Shown: positions 19,660-29,214 of the stretch, in pieces
Layout: each line of letters begins with the position of its first letter
Numbering within the stretch: position 1 is the first letter of the stretch
Program-made: the position numbers and the translations under genes
DNA from: Eubacteriales bacterium
Lineage (GTDB): Bacteria > Bacillota > Clostridia > Lachnospirales > JAVBJQ01
DNA length: 64,000 bases
NCBI GenBank assembly: GCA_031546905.1
Contig: JAVBJQ010000001.1
Coordinates: forward strand, 129,104 to 193,103
Direction of reading: 5' to 3'
The notes under the pieces: model-generated
What the model was told of the DNA's origin: nothing
The model's input: only the letters and a program-made list of their open reading frames with translations
Databases searched by the model: none

Positions 19660-21906
19660 ATGACAAAAAAAATATCTCAATTTTTCATATCAACATTACT
19701 ATTTTCAGCACTTTTTATCACCGCAGTGAAAGCTGCACCATATATAAATTTAAACCTAACCTATGACGGAACGGCACATAAATATAATGCAGAAAAAGTT
19801 TATTTAAAAATAAATGGGAATGACGTTAGCAACCTTCCCATGGAGCCTGTTATTTTAAATAGCACCACCCTTGTTCCTGCAAAAGAAGTTTTTGAATCTT
19901 TGGGAGCGGTGGTAGATTGGAAAAATGATACAAAAGAAGTGTACATAGGTTATAACGACAACATTGTAGTTTTAAAAATTGATGACAAAAAAGCAAATGT
20001 AAATGGAAACTCCGTGGAGATGTTGGTTGCTCCCAAAATAATTAACAATAAAACAATGATTCCAGCAAAATTTGCAGCAGAATCTATTCATTGTACGGTG
20101 AACTGGGATGCAAAAAATAGAATTGTTTCTATTGCTTCTCCTGATGATAATAGCGACGTAAAGCCCGTTGACACAGATCTTCCTGTTTTGCAAGATGATA
20201 TAAATCAACCGACTGTCACAACTCCCATCGTGACAACACCTGTTATAACAACTCCTGTAGACACTACGACTCCAACCGTTGACAACACCACTTTTCAAGG
20301 TGATAATAAAATTTCAAAAGACGTTTCCCAAAATCAAATAAAACCAGAAGTCAACCCGTTAACGGATATTGTTTCTGTTGAGATACCAACCATAGGCGGA
20401 AGCAACGCGTATAAAATAAATGCTTCTTCCAAAATAACCAGTGTAAGTAAACTTTTGCTTCCCGACAACAGACTGGTGATTGATATTGTAAATTCAAATA
20501 TGGCACTTCCAAAATCTAACATTGAAATACCACAAAGTCCTTTTGTCTCGGCAATTCGGGCAGCACAAAATCAAGTAGAACCTACCAAAGTAACAAGGAT
20601 TGTGTTTGATTTAAAAGCCTACTCAGAATTTTCTGTTGACCTTTCCCCAGACCGAAAAACAATTTCAGTTGAGTTTAAGAAAAACGTCATTACCAGTATT
20701 GGATTTGGAATAAAAGATGGTAGAGAAGGTATTTTGATTTCAGGGCTGATTGCACCAAATGTTAGTATTAGCTATTTGACGAATCCTGATAGAATGGTGA
20801 TGGATGTACCATATGCAGAACTTCAAAATCCAAGTGTTGCCAACTTAATTAACACCGCTGGGGTAGATAGCAATTATTTTTCCGCCTCAAGGGTGGCACA
20901 GTTTGATGCTTCCACGGTTAGAATTGCACTTGACTTAAAAAAACAAACATTTGCAAAAGTTACGTCCACCAATACAACAACGACGGTTTTATTCATTGAC
21001 CCCACCTATAAAAATTTAAGATATGACAGTGCCTCCAAACAACTAATTATTACCAAAGACAACTCCCAACTCATCGGTGCAAAAAATATTGCAGAAACAG
21101 ACTTATACCTTGAGAAAAAATATAACTTTACCCTTCCGTTTAATGCAAGCAACATACTTGGATATGGGGACATTGCAGTGGGTGATAATTACATAGATAC
21201 AATCTCTATACAAAATTATCAAAATAATACCATCATTACAGTAAATGAAAAAAGTATTTTGGCATTTAACATAACAGAAGATAATAATTACATTTATATT
21301 AAAGCGCTCCTACCAAAAGAGAAGTATGGAAAAATAGTAGTAATTGACCCAGGGCACGGGGCAAAAGATAACGGAACCCAGCACAATGGGCTACTAGAAA
21401 AAGATGTAAACTTAGACATTGCCTTGAAATTGTACTCCCAACTTCAAAATGATGGTAGTGTAAAAGTGTATGCCACAAGGTTAACGGATGTGAAGCCAGA
21501 GCTTGACGAGCGTGCTGCTTTTGCAAACGGTGTTGGGGATGTGTTTATTTCTATTCATCAAAACTCCAACGACAACGAAAAAATTAACGGCACAGAAGTT
21601 TATTTTTATAAACATCCAACAGATGTAGAACCTTATCTGACAAGTAAGAAAGTTGCAACGGCGGTGCAAGCCAACTTAATTGCCACACTAGCTTCTAATG
21701 ATAGAAAAGTGAAGGAGCAAACCTTGAAAGAATCCTATGCCGTGTTAAGAAATACAACTATTCCAGCGGTGCTCATTGAAGTTGGATTTGTGTCTAACAA
21801 AGAGGAAGCTGCAAAACTTGCCGCCGATGATTATAGACAAAAAACAGCAGATGCAATTTATAGGTCAATTATTGAAATTTTTACGAAAAACACAATAAAA
21901 CGCTAA
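19660..21906 (+). CDS. N-acetylmuramoyl-L-alanine amidase (Amidase_3) with copper-amine-oxidase-N-like and AMIN-like domains
   Basis: Signal peptide, then a CuAO-N stalk-type repeat (TLVPAKEVFESLGAVVDW... MIPAKFAAESIHCTVNW), a Thr/Pro linker, and a C-terminal Amidase_3 domain (VVIDPGHGAKDNG...SIHQNS...VLIEVGFVSN). Confidence 0.85.
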   Translation: MTKKISQFFISTLLFSALFITAVKAAPYINLNLTYDGTAHKYNAEKVYLKINGNDVSNLPMEPVILNSTTLVPAKEVFESLGAVVDWKNDTKEVYIGYNDNIVVLKIDDKKANVNGNSVEMLVAPKIINNKTMIPAKFAAESIHCTVNWDAKNRIVSIASPDDNSDVKPVDTDLPVLQDDINQPTVTTPIVTTPVITTPVDTTTPTVDNTTFQGDNKISKDVSQNQIKPEVNPLTDIVSVEIPTIGGSNAYKINASSKITSVSKLLLPDNRLVIDIVNSNMALPKSNIEIPQSPFVSAIRAAQNQVEPTKVTRIVFDLKAYSEFSVDLSPDRKTISVEFKKNVITSIGFGIKDGREGILISGLIAPNVSISYLTNPDRMVMDVPYAELQNPSVANLINTAGVDSNYFSASRVAQFDASTVRIALDLKKQTFAKVTSTNTTTTVLFIDPTYKNLRYDSASKQLIITKDNSQLIGAKNIAETDLYLEKKYNFTLPFNASNILGYGDIAVGDNYIDTISIQNYQNNTIITVNEKSILAFNITEDNNYIYIKALLPKEKYGKIVVIDPGHGAKDNGTQHNGLLEKDVNLDIALKLYSQLQNDGSVKVYATRLTDVKPELDERAAFANGVGDVFISIHQNSNDNEKINGTEVYFYKHPTDVEPYLTSKKVATAVQANLIATLASNDRKVKEQTLKESYAVLRNTTIPAVLIEVGFVSNKEEAAKLAADDYRQKTADAIYRSIIEIFTKNTIKR

Positions 21907-22029
21907 AGTTTTGGCAATGATACAAAGAAGCATTGCGAATCCTTATAGATTATGTAAATATATTGGTTGTTAAAAAACTTGTTTACTCTCCAACATTGGA
22001 ATAAAATGGAAACATGGAGAGTGAGCAAG

Positions 22030-22542
22030 ATGATAAACGATAAATTTTTAAATGAGCGATTCGGTATTAAAAAATTTTTAAAAATTTTGTTATTGCTTTT
22101 AATTATTATATTTTTTATTCCCAAAACTGTTTCCGCAGATAATCTTTATAAAGCTTATTTTTATGTAGATCATGATGGTGTTTATGAACCTTATGGAGAA
22201 GACTATATTTTTTATGGGAATTTTCTAGCCATTGAAAAGGGGTATATTTTATTTGACAATGTAGTCCATAACCAAAATGAAAAACTACGAAGTTTTGTAC
22301 CAAAAGGAACCAAGCTACTTAGTATAAAAAAAGAAGAAGATAATTTACTGGTAAACTTTTCAGAAGAAATAAAAAATTATGGTGGTTCTTCGTGGGAGCA
22401 GGATTTAATTAAGCAGTTGGTTTTGACGGGACTTCAAGTAGATGGGGTTGAAAATGTTACCCTATTGATCAACGGAAAATTAGATACGCTAGCAGAAGGC
22501 ACAACCGTTGACAAATTTGAACGAAACGATATTGTATATTGA
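22030..22542 (+). CDS. GerMN-domain (germination protein M-like) protein
   Basis: N-terminal hydrophobic anchor. C-terminal GerMN-like segment (LLVNFSEEIKNYGGSSWEQDLIKQLVLTGLQVDGVENVTLLINGK). Located upstream of rph, as gerM is in B. subtilis. Confidence 0.55.
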   Translation: MINDKFLNERFGIKKFLKILLLLLIIIFFIPKTVSADNLYKAYFYVDHDGVYEPYGEDYIFYGNFLAIEKGYILFDNVVHNQNEKLRSFVPKGTKLLSIKKEEDNLLVNFSEEIKNYGGSSWEQDLIKQLVLTGLQVDGVENVTLLINGKLDTLAEGTTVDKFERNDIVY

Positions 22543-22574
22543 AATAGTTATATTTACGACGCAGGAGGATGAAG

Positions 22575-23294
22575 ATGCAAAGAATAGACGGAAGAAAAAA
22601 TGATATGTTAAGGAACCTTACTTTTACAAGAAATTATATTATGCACCCAGAAGGCTCGGTGCTGATTGAAATGGGAAATACAAAAGTAATTTGTACGGCT
22701 ACCATTGAGGAAAATATTCCTATGTTTAAAAAAAATTCTGGTGAAGGTTGGCTAACAGCTGAATATTCTATGTTGCCAAGGGCAACTGCAACTAGAAATC
22801 AGCGGGATATTTCCAAATTGAGAAATAATCCACGCTCTGTTGAAATTCAGCGGTTAATTGGACGAGCATTAAGGGCATCCATTGATTTAAAATTATTAGG
22901 AGAAAGAACCATTATGTTAGATTGCGATGTTATTCAAGCAGATGGAGGGACAAGAACTGCTTCTATTTCAGGGGCGTTTGTAGCTCTTTATGATGCTTGT
23001 CAAAAATTGGTCAGCAATAATGTGATTAAAAAGTCTCCCATTACGAATTTTGTTTCTGCTATTAGTGTTGGAACTTATCATGGCGAGGCAATTCTTGATT
23101 TGTGCTATGAGGAAGACTTTAAAGCTGGCGTTGACATGAACGTGGTAATGACAGACAAAGGCGAATTTGTAGAAATTCAAGGAACTGGTGAACACAGCAC
23201 TTTTGACAGAAAATTATTAAATGAAATGTTAACCCTTGCAGAAATTGGAAACCATGAAATTATTAGGAAGCAAAAAGAAGTACTAGGGATTTGA
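22575..23294 (+). CDS. rph: ribonuclease PH
   Basis: Near-colinear with E. coli/B. subtilis Rph as I recall them ([31 protein letters not shown]...[16 protein letters not shown]). ATG 22575 lies 6 nt after AGGAGG. Confidence 0.93.
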   Translation: MQRIDGRKNDMLRNLTFTRNYIMHPEGSVLIEMGNTKVICTATIEENIPMFKKNSGEGWLTAEYSMLPRATATRNQRDISKLRNNPRSVEIQRLIGRALRASIDLKLLGERTIMLDCDVIQADGGTRTASISGAFVALYDACQKLVSNNVIKKSPITNFVSAISVGTYHGEAILDLCYEEDFKAGVDMNVVMTDKGEFVEIQGTGEHSTFDRKLLNEMLTLAEIGNHEIIRKQKEVLGI

Positions 23295-23302
23295 TAACCA
23301 GT

Positions 23303-23365
23303 ATAGTAGAGGGTATGTAAAATAATTATTATTTTGCGTGCCAGCTACTATTTTTTTATTTTTAT
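23303..23365 (+). terminator. intrinsic terminator after rph
   Basis: Long hairpin ATAGTAGAGGGTATGTAAAATAA-ttat-TATTTTGCGTGCCAGCTACTAT (with G-U pairs), followed by TTTTTTTATTTTT. Confidence 0.7.
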
Positions 23366-23455
23366 ATAAAAAGATTGAATGAGTAAGAGGACTATAGTAA
23401 AGTAGTGGTAGTGCAATGATGTTTCATAAAAAAATCACAGAGGTGGATGTGCTTC

Positions 23456-23704
23456 ATGAGAAAAAAAGAATCGATTATTCAACTTACAAAAGAACAAAAA
23501 AATGATACTTCAGAAAAAATAAAGCAATATATAGAAGAAAATTTTGACTGCCAAATCGGAAATCTACAAGCAGAAATTTTTCTTGAGTTCATAACAGAAA
23601 ACATAGGCGCCCAGTATTATAACAAAGCAATTTCGGATGCCATGGCCTACGTAATGGAAAAAGCAGACGATATGTATATATTGATGAAAGAAGAGAAAAA
23701 ATAA
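23456..23704 (+). CDS. DUF2164-like small protein
   Basis: About 82 aa. The pattern IQLTKEQK...IKQYIEENFDCQIGNLQAEIFLEFI...IGAQYYNKAI.DA fits my memory of the DUF2164 family. Confidence 0.5.
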   Translation: MRKKESIIQLTKEQKNDTSEKIKQYIEENFDCQIGNLQAEIFLEFITENIGAQYYNKAISDAMAYVMEKADDMYILMKEEKK

Positions 23705-23726
23705 GGAGAAAAGCAAATAAACGTAC

Positions 23727-23903
23727 ATGGAATTACCCCTTGTTTGTGGTTTGATAATCAAGCCATGGCAACTGGTGCCAAAATGCCTGGACAAGTTGTT
23801 AGCCCAAGAAGATCCAGTAAAATCACAACAGGTGATGGATGCGTTAATGAAAATGGAAAAAATTGATATCAAAACATTATAGCAAGCATATGACGGAAAA
23901 TAA
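23727..23903 (+). pseudogene. internally deleted remnant of a PhnB/YjdN-type (3-demethylubiquinone methyltransferase-like VOC) gene
   Basis: One frame reads GITPCLWFDNQA (family N-terminus). After a frame change it reads WQLVPKCLDKLLAQEDPVKSQQVMDALMKMEKIDIKTL*QAYDGK* (family C-terminus with an in-frame TAG). The roughly 100-codon middle of the gene is absent. Confidence 0.6.
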
Positions 23904-23905
23904 AA

Positions 23906-23940
23906 AACTGGGAGGCGTGATTCAACACCTTCCAGTTTTT
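23906..23940. terminator. bidirectional terminator
   Basis: AAAAACTGGGAGG-cgtgattcaaca-CCTTCCAGTTTTTT. Confidence 0.7.
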
Positions 23941-23944
23941 TATT

Positions 23945-25546
23945 TTAAAATTCCTTCATAAATTTACTTTGTTTAATAATCCGTGGATAACTTAGCCCAG
24001 TAGTTGGTTGTTTCATATCTACCAATTCAATATCTAAATTAAAAACAGATAAATTGTTATACATATCATAGTTTAGATTTTTATATAAAAAAGTCTGTTT
24101 TTTAAGTAAATGTAACTGGGAAAGGGTGTGTTTATCTGCTTTTTTTACTTTTCGTTTGCTGGTAGGAGCCGTATATTCAAGCATTTTATTTTTTTCTGTG
24201 TCTAAGAAAAAGGAGTAATCACTTTTAAATAAATTGGGATCAAATGCTCTGGAAATTTCAGTATGTAAATCATTAAGGGTAGTTGACTCAAGTACTTCTA
24301 TTGTTTTCCAGTAGCGTTTATCTTTGGAAAGTTTTGCCTTTAACACATACACCATTTGGAGGTCAAATGTATCGTCAATAAATGCTTTTAAAGATTGTTT
24401 GCCAATTTCCTTAAATACAGAATTAAAAATTTCATCAACTGTAAACTCGCCTTTAAATTCTTCTAAAATGTAGTCGGTGTAATCTGTTTTTAAAAAGCTG
24501 TTGCCAAAAGAAGTTACGCTATAATAAGAGCATGGCCAAAATAAAGAAGAAATATTATCTTCAGAGCCAGCGTTTTGAATGTTCTCATAAATGCTGTGGA
24601 CTTCTTCCGTAAATTTGTAAACAAAGGAATATAAGGGCTGAATAAGCTTTAAATAACTACCAAACAGGGTAAGAAACCATTGGTCAATTAATATTCCTAA
24701 AATATAAACAGAGGATAAAACGGCACCATCAAACTCATTTAAATCCACGTTAGAGTCGTATTGCTCCCAAAGGTCAAAAATATCGATTCCTAAAGAGGAA
24801 TAAATCCGTTTAAAAAGAAAATCTGGCTCAATTGGCGTTGTTAAAATAGAGTGAACAAGTTCTTTTGAAAAAACATCATCATCAAAGGGGATGGCAGTAG
24901 ATAAATTTTCAGCGCACACTTCAATGGCGGCGTCTACAATTTTTTTCAACACACTGCTTTTACTGCCTTTAAAAAAGTTCTCATAGTCATTTACTGCTTG
25001 GGCTTTATTTGAATAAATAGACGGAATTTTTTTCACTAAATCTAGTTTAAAACAAAGCAATTGGAGAAATATAATGTAAAAAGGGTCGTATAAAGATAAC
25101 TTATCAAGCAGTGTAATGGTTTCTTCATAACGCATATAGTCAGAGTCGTCTAAGTTTAAATCGGGGCGAGAATGTTCCAAAAAAATTTTTAAATCGTCGA
25201 TAATAGGGTGGGATTTTGAGTTATAAACCTCAACACTAAAAGTAAAACCAGTCAGTGCATTATTCACCAAAACGGGCTTTATGTTTGTAACAACAGTAGT
25301 AGATTTATTTTTTTTGGCAACACTTTCTGCCAACAGGTTCACCAGGTTAGCAGGTGTGACAACGGATTCGCCAATCAACGAAGAGTTATACCATTTGTTA
25401 TAAAGCACACCGACATACCGTAAAATTTTATTTTTGTCTTTATATTTAAGAAGCTTATAAGCGTCCATAAAATTGCTAGCAAATAAATTATTTAATTTTA
25501 TAAAATAATCATTATTTTCAATTAAAGTTTTAATATCAGAACTCAT
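23945..25546 (-). CDS. hypothetical 533-aa protein with C-terminal MM3350/pRiA4b-ORF3-like domain
   Basis: The C-terminal ~130 aa reads VYVLKAKLSKDKRYWKTIEVLESTTLNDLHTEISRAFDPNLFKSDYSFFL...GLSYPRII. This resembles the IYQLKV.L....IWRR..VP...TL.DLH..IQ.AMGW motif of the family as I recall it. The N-terminal 400 aa are unassigned. GGAGG RBS present. Confidence 0.5.
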   Translation of the reverse strand: MSSDIKTLIENNDYFIKLNNLFASNFMDAYKLLKYKDKNKILRYVGVLYNKWYNSSLIGESVVTPANLVNLLAESVAKKNKSTTVVTNIKPVLVNNALTGFTFSVEVYNSKSHPIIDDLKIFLEHSRPDLNLDDSDYMRYEETITLLDKLSLYDPFYIIFLQLLCFKLDLVKKIPSIYSNKAQAVNDYENFFKGSKSSVLKKIVDAAIEVCAENLSTAIPFDDDVFSKELVHSILTTPIEPDFLFKRIYSSLGIDIFDLWEQYDSNVDLNEFDGAVLSSVYILGILIDQWFLTLFGSYLKLIQPLYSFVYKFTEEVHSIYENIQNAGSEDNISSLFWPCSYYSVTSFGNSFLKTDYTDYILEEFKGEFTVDEIFNSVFKEIGKQSLKAFIDDTFDLQMVYVLKAKLSKDKRYWKTIEVLESTTLNDLHTEISRAFDPNLFKSDYSFFLDTEKNKMLEYTAPTSKRKVKKADKHTLSQLHLLKKQTFLYKNLNYDMYNNLSVFNLDIELVDMKQPTTGLSYPRIIKQSKFMKEF

Positions 25547-25719
25547 TTTTTCCTCCGAACTGGTTAAGCCATTGTTGCTGAGACTACGCTTAACACATGA
25601 ACAAATAACACCAACTATGTAATTTTAGTTATGTATGTTTTTGCAAACTGCGCTAAAAAATATACTTGCAATATTGTAACAATTAGCAAGGATAAAAGCA
25701 AGCAATTTCCCAGTTATAT

Positions 25720-25748
25720 TTGATTTTTTAGGCACAGTTTAGTATGAT
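25720..25748 (+). promoter_or_regulatory. sigmaA-type promoter for clpS-clpA
   Basis: TTGATT (25720-25725), 17 nt, TATGAT (25743-25748). Confidence 0.5.
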
Positions 25749-25797
25749 AAGGAGAGATATGGGGTGGGAAATAAATTTACAAAAGGAGGCAGCTGTT

Positions 25798-26103
25798 TTG
25801 TCTATGAACATACAGTACCATGAACAGACTGAAACAAAATTAAAACAACCCAATTTGTTTGCGGTAGTTTTGCATAATGACGATTATACGCCCATGGATT
25901 TTGTGGTGGAGATTATTGTAAAAATTTTTAATAAATCTTCGGTGGAAGCGGCAAAAATAATGATGGAGGTTCATGAAAAAGGAAAAAGTGTGGTGGATGT
26001 TTATATTTATGATGTTGCCATGACCAAAAAATTAAATGTTCAAACCATTTCAAAAGACAGAGGATTTCCGCTAAAAGTAACGGTAGAAGAGGCGATTTTA
26101 TGA
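25798..26103 (+). CDS. clpS: ATP-dependent Clp protease adaptor ClpS
   Basis: Core PNLFAVVLHNDDYTPMDFVVEIIVKIF...EAAKIMMEVHEKGKSVV. TTG 25798 lies 8 nt after AGGAGG, and ATG 25804 is the alternative start. The stop overlaps the clpA start (ATGA). Confidence 0.88.
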   Translation: MSMNIQYHEQTETKLKQPNLFAVVLHNDDYTPMDFVVEIIVKIFNKSSVEAAKIMMEVHEKGKSVVDVYIYDVAMTKKLNVQTISKDRGFPLKVTVEEAIL

Positions 26104-28361
26104 ACTTTGATAGCATAACCAACCAAATATATATTGTGGCATTTAATGAAGCAAAACTTCAAATGCACGAGTACCTGTGTCCAGAACATATTTTATATTC
26201 CACGTTGCTGTTTGGATTGGGACGAGAAATGATAGAGCGAAGTGGGGGGAACCCAGAAAAAATAATGCAGGCGTTGCAAACTTTTTTTAATCAGCACGTG
26301 CCAAAAAGAGAGACCGTAGAACCTGTTGAGTCTGCTGGACTTATTTTTTTAATAGAATCAGCAGTAAGACACGCCAATCATTCGGGAAAAAAAGAAGTGA
26401 ACATAGGCGATGTCATTGTTTCTTTTTTTGAACTTCCGGAGTCCTTTGCAGTGTATATTTTAAAAAATAATGGCGTAAATAAGCTTGCCTTGTTAAATTA
26501 CATTGCCCACGGGCTAAAACTTGAAACAGAGCAAAGTCATTCCACCACCAATAAAAAAAATAAAGATCAAGAATTTATGAATACTTATGCCATGAATTTA
26601 ACAGAAAGAGCAAGGGCGGGAAAATTAGATAAATTAATTGGACGAGAAGATATTTTAACAAGAACGATTCAAGTGTTGTGCAGAAGAATAAAAAATAATC
26701 CTATTCATATTGGAGAGCCAGGAGTAGGCAAGACAGCCATTGTAGAAGGCATCGCCCAGTTAATTGCAGGAAATAAAGTGCCAAAGCCCATACAAAATGC
26801 CAATGTTTATTACATTGAAATCAGCAACATCATTGCGGGGACAAAGTACCGAGGGGACTTTGAAGAGCGATTTTTAAAGTTATTGGAACTGATTTCAAAA
26901 GAAGAAAACCCTATTGTTTATATTGATGAAATTCATACGGTGGTGGGAGCCGGGGCTGTTTCAGGAAGTTCAGTAGATGCCGCAGGAATTTTAAAACCGT
27001 ATCTTGCCAAAGGGGAAGTTCGGTTTATTGGTTCTACCACTTTTGATGAATATAAAAAGCATTTTGAAAAAGACAGGGCGTTTTCACGGAGATTTCAAAA
27101 AATAGAAGTTCCGGAGCCAACCGTAGAAGAAACAATTGGTATTATCGAGGGCATAAAAGAAAAGTATGAAGCCTATCACAATGTGGTGTACAAAAAAGAA
27201 ATAATAGAACACGTTTGTAAGTTGGCGGACAAATATATTCAGGATAGATTTCTGCCAGATAAGGCAATTGATATTATTGATGAAACGGCTGCATTGTTGC
27301 GGATGAATGTGCAAACCGAAGCGCCAATTATTATCCAAAAAGAAGATGTTGAAAAAACAATTTCCCTTACGGCCAAAATTCCTACAGAAAGTATTTCTTC
27401 CAACGAAATTGACAAGTTAAGAAATCTCTCTGAAAATTTGAAAAAAGAAATTTTTGGTCAAGATGAAGCAGTAGAAGTCATTGTAAGTGCCATTAAAAGT
27501 GCCAGATCTGGGTTGAATGAATTTGAAAAACCCGTTGCTTCTTTTCTTTTTGTAGGACCAACAGGCGTTGGAAAAACAGAAGTTTCAAAGCAACTTGCAA
27601 ACTTGCTAGGCATTAGTTTACTGCGGTATGACATGAGCGAGTATCAAGAAAAACACGCAGTGTCAAGGTTAATTGGTGCTCCTCCCGGGTACGTTGGTTA
27701 TGAAGAGGGTGGACTTTTAACTGATGCGATTAAACGAACACCTTATTGTGTGTTGCTTTTGGATGAAGTAGAAAAAGCCCATCCGGATATTTTAAACGTT
27801 TTGCTTCAAGTGATGGACTATGGAAGTCTAACAGATAATGCAGGGAAAAAGGCGGACTTTAGAAATGTTATTTTAATTATGACCTCCAATGCAGGTGCAA
27901 CAGAACTAGGCAGAAGAATCATCGGATTTGAAGAAAAAGTTACTAAAAATGAAGTAATTGACAAAGCCGTAAACAAAACTTTCTCTCCTGAGTTTAGAAA
28001 CCGATTAGATGAGATTGTAATTTTTAATGGCATAGATGAAAAAATGGCACACGCCATTGCTATCAAAGCAATTGGGAAGCTTCAAAATAGATTAAAAGAC
28101 AAAAAAATAAAAATGGAAGCTACAGACGATGTAATCAAATATATTGTTGAAAAAGGCATATCCAATATTTATGGTGCCAGGGAAATTATGCGGGTAGTGG
28201 AAAAAGATATTAAGAAAAAGCTAACGGACTATGTTTTGTTTGGCGAACTGGCAGAAGGTAGTAAACTTTATATTGATTTAAGAAATGGAGAAATCCATGT
28301 TTCAAAAAGAAAGAAACGAAAAAGTGAAGCAGATATGAAAAAAATAAACCGTTCTCTATGA
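26100..28361 (+). CDS. clpA: ATP-dependent Clp protease ATP-binding subunit ClpA
   Basis: Clp N-domain, D1 Walker A GEPGVGKTAIVEG, D2 Walker A GPTGVGKTEVSKQLA. No long middle coiled-coil, 753 aa, translationally coupled to clpS. Confidence 0.9.
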   Translation: MNFDSITNQIYIVAFNEAKLQMHEYLCPEHILYSTLLFGLGREMIERSGGNPEKIMQALQTFFNQHVPKRETVEPVESAGLIFLIESAVRHANHSGKKEVNIGDVIVSFFELPESFAVYILKNNGVNKLALLNYIAHGLKLETEQSHSTTNKKNKDQEFMNTYAMNLTERARAGKLDKLIGREDILTRTIQVLCRRIKNNPIHIGEPGVGKTAIVEGIAQLIAGNKVPKPIQNANVYYIEISNIIAGTKYRGDFEERFLKLLELISKEENPIVYIDEIHTVVGAGAVSGSSVDAAGILKPYLAKGEVRFIGSTTFDEYKKHFEKDRAFSRRFQKIEVPEPTVEETIGIIEGIKEKYEAYHNVVYKKEIIEHVCKLADKYIQDRFLPDKAIDIIDETAALLRMNVQTEAPIIIQKEDVEKTISLTAKIPTESISSNEIDKLRNLSENLKKEIFGQDEAVEVIVSAIKSARSGLNEFEKPVASFLFVGPTGVGKTEVSKQLANLLGISLLRYDMSEYQEKHAVSRLIGAPPGYVGYEEGGLLTDAIKRTPYCVLLLDEVEKAHPDILNVLLQVMDYGSLTDNAGKKADFRNVILIMTSNAGATELGRRIIGFEEKVTKNEVIDKAVNKTFSPEFRNRLDEIVIFNGIDEKMAHAIAIKAIGKLQNRLKDKKIKMEATDDVIKYIVEKGISNIYGAREIMRVVEKDIKKKLTDYVLFGELAEGSKLYIDLRNGEIHVSKRKKRKSEADMKKINRSL

Positions 28362-28377
28362 GGCGGTTTATTTTTTT
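28344..28377 (+). terminator. intrinsic terminator at the clpA stop
   Basis: ATAAACCG-ttctctatgagg-CGGTTTAT followed by TTTTTTT. Confidence 0.6.
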
Positions 28378-28574
28378 GTAAAAAATTTGTCAAGGGGTTT
28401 TAAAATGTTTGTGCAAATTTTTTTAAAATTGTTACATTTTTGCTAATATCTTTTTTTAAAAGGACGATAAAAAAGTCGTAAGGAAAAATAAGGGAGATTT
28501 AAACAGTAGGAGGCTGGTGCAAGTGAAAAAGACAATAATGGAATGCCAAACGTAGCATCATCAATGAGTATATT

Positions 28575-28602
28575 TTGACATAATTAACAACGCAACTATA
28601 AA
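28575..28602 (+). promoter_or_regulatory. sigmaA-type promoter for recombinase 1
   Basis: TTGACA (28575-28580), 16 nt, TATAAA (28597-28602). Confidence 0.45.
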
Positions 28603-28629
28603 AATACTTCATGAGGATGGATGATCATT

Positions 28630-29208
28630 ATGGCAACCACAGAACCGATTAAAGATGCAGAAACAATCCAACAAATTAAAGAATATTTGATGATAAAAGA
28701 AGACTACAGAATGTTTTCCTTAATTACCATGGGATTTCACAGTGCCCTTCGAATCGGAGATATTTTAAAGTTTTGCTGGGGAGATGTATACGATTTTAAA
28801 AACAAATTGTTTAAAAAGTATGTCACGCTAAAAGAACAAAAAACCGGAAAAAATGCAAAGGTGGCATTACACACCAATACAATTCGGGCACTGGAAATGT
28901 ACATGGATTCGTTACCACCCATAACAGCAGAGCGGTACATATTTAAAAGTCAAAAGAGTCAGAACAAACCATTATCCCGTATTCAAGCGTACCGAATTAT
29001 GAAAAAAATCGAAACAGATTTGCAAATCGAGACAAATTTTTCGTGTCATTCACTACGAAAAACATTTGGTTATCATGCGTATAAGCAAGGGGCGTCTATT
29101 GCTGTTATTATGAACATATATAACCACTCATCTTTTGAAATTACAAAGCGTTACTTAGGAATATCACAAGATGATAAAGATGAATTATATTTAAATATTA
29201 ATCTTTAA
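28630..29208 (+). CDS. small tyrosine recombinase (catalytic domain only, 192 aa), paralog 1
   Basis: Candidate catalytic residues: R in HSALRIGD, H-x-x-R in CHSLRKTF, H in YNHSS, and Y in ITKRYL. There is no N-terminal SAM-like core-binding domain. Start chosen by colinearity with the paralog at 32867. Confidence 0.85.
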   Translation: MATTEPIKDAETIQQIKEYLMIKEDYRMFSLITMGFHSALRIGDILKFCWGDVYDFKNKLFKKYVTLKEQKTGKNAKVALHTNTIRALEMYMDSLPPITAERYIFKSQKSQNKPLSRIQAYRIMKKIETDLQIETNFSCHSLRKTFGYHAYKQGASIAVIMNIYNHSSFEITKRYLGISQDDKDELYLNINL

Positions 29209-29214
29209 AAAAAT

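Noticed and set aside
23564-23872. 102-aa minus-strand ORF between DUF2164 and the 533-aa gene
   Set aside because: It is antisense to the recognisable PhnB/VOC remnant and to the DUF2164 3' end, and it has no RBS.
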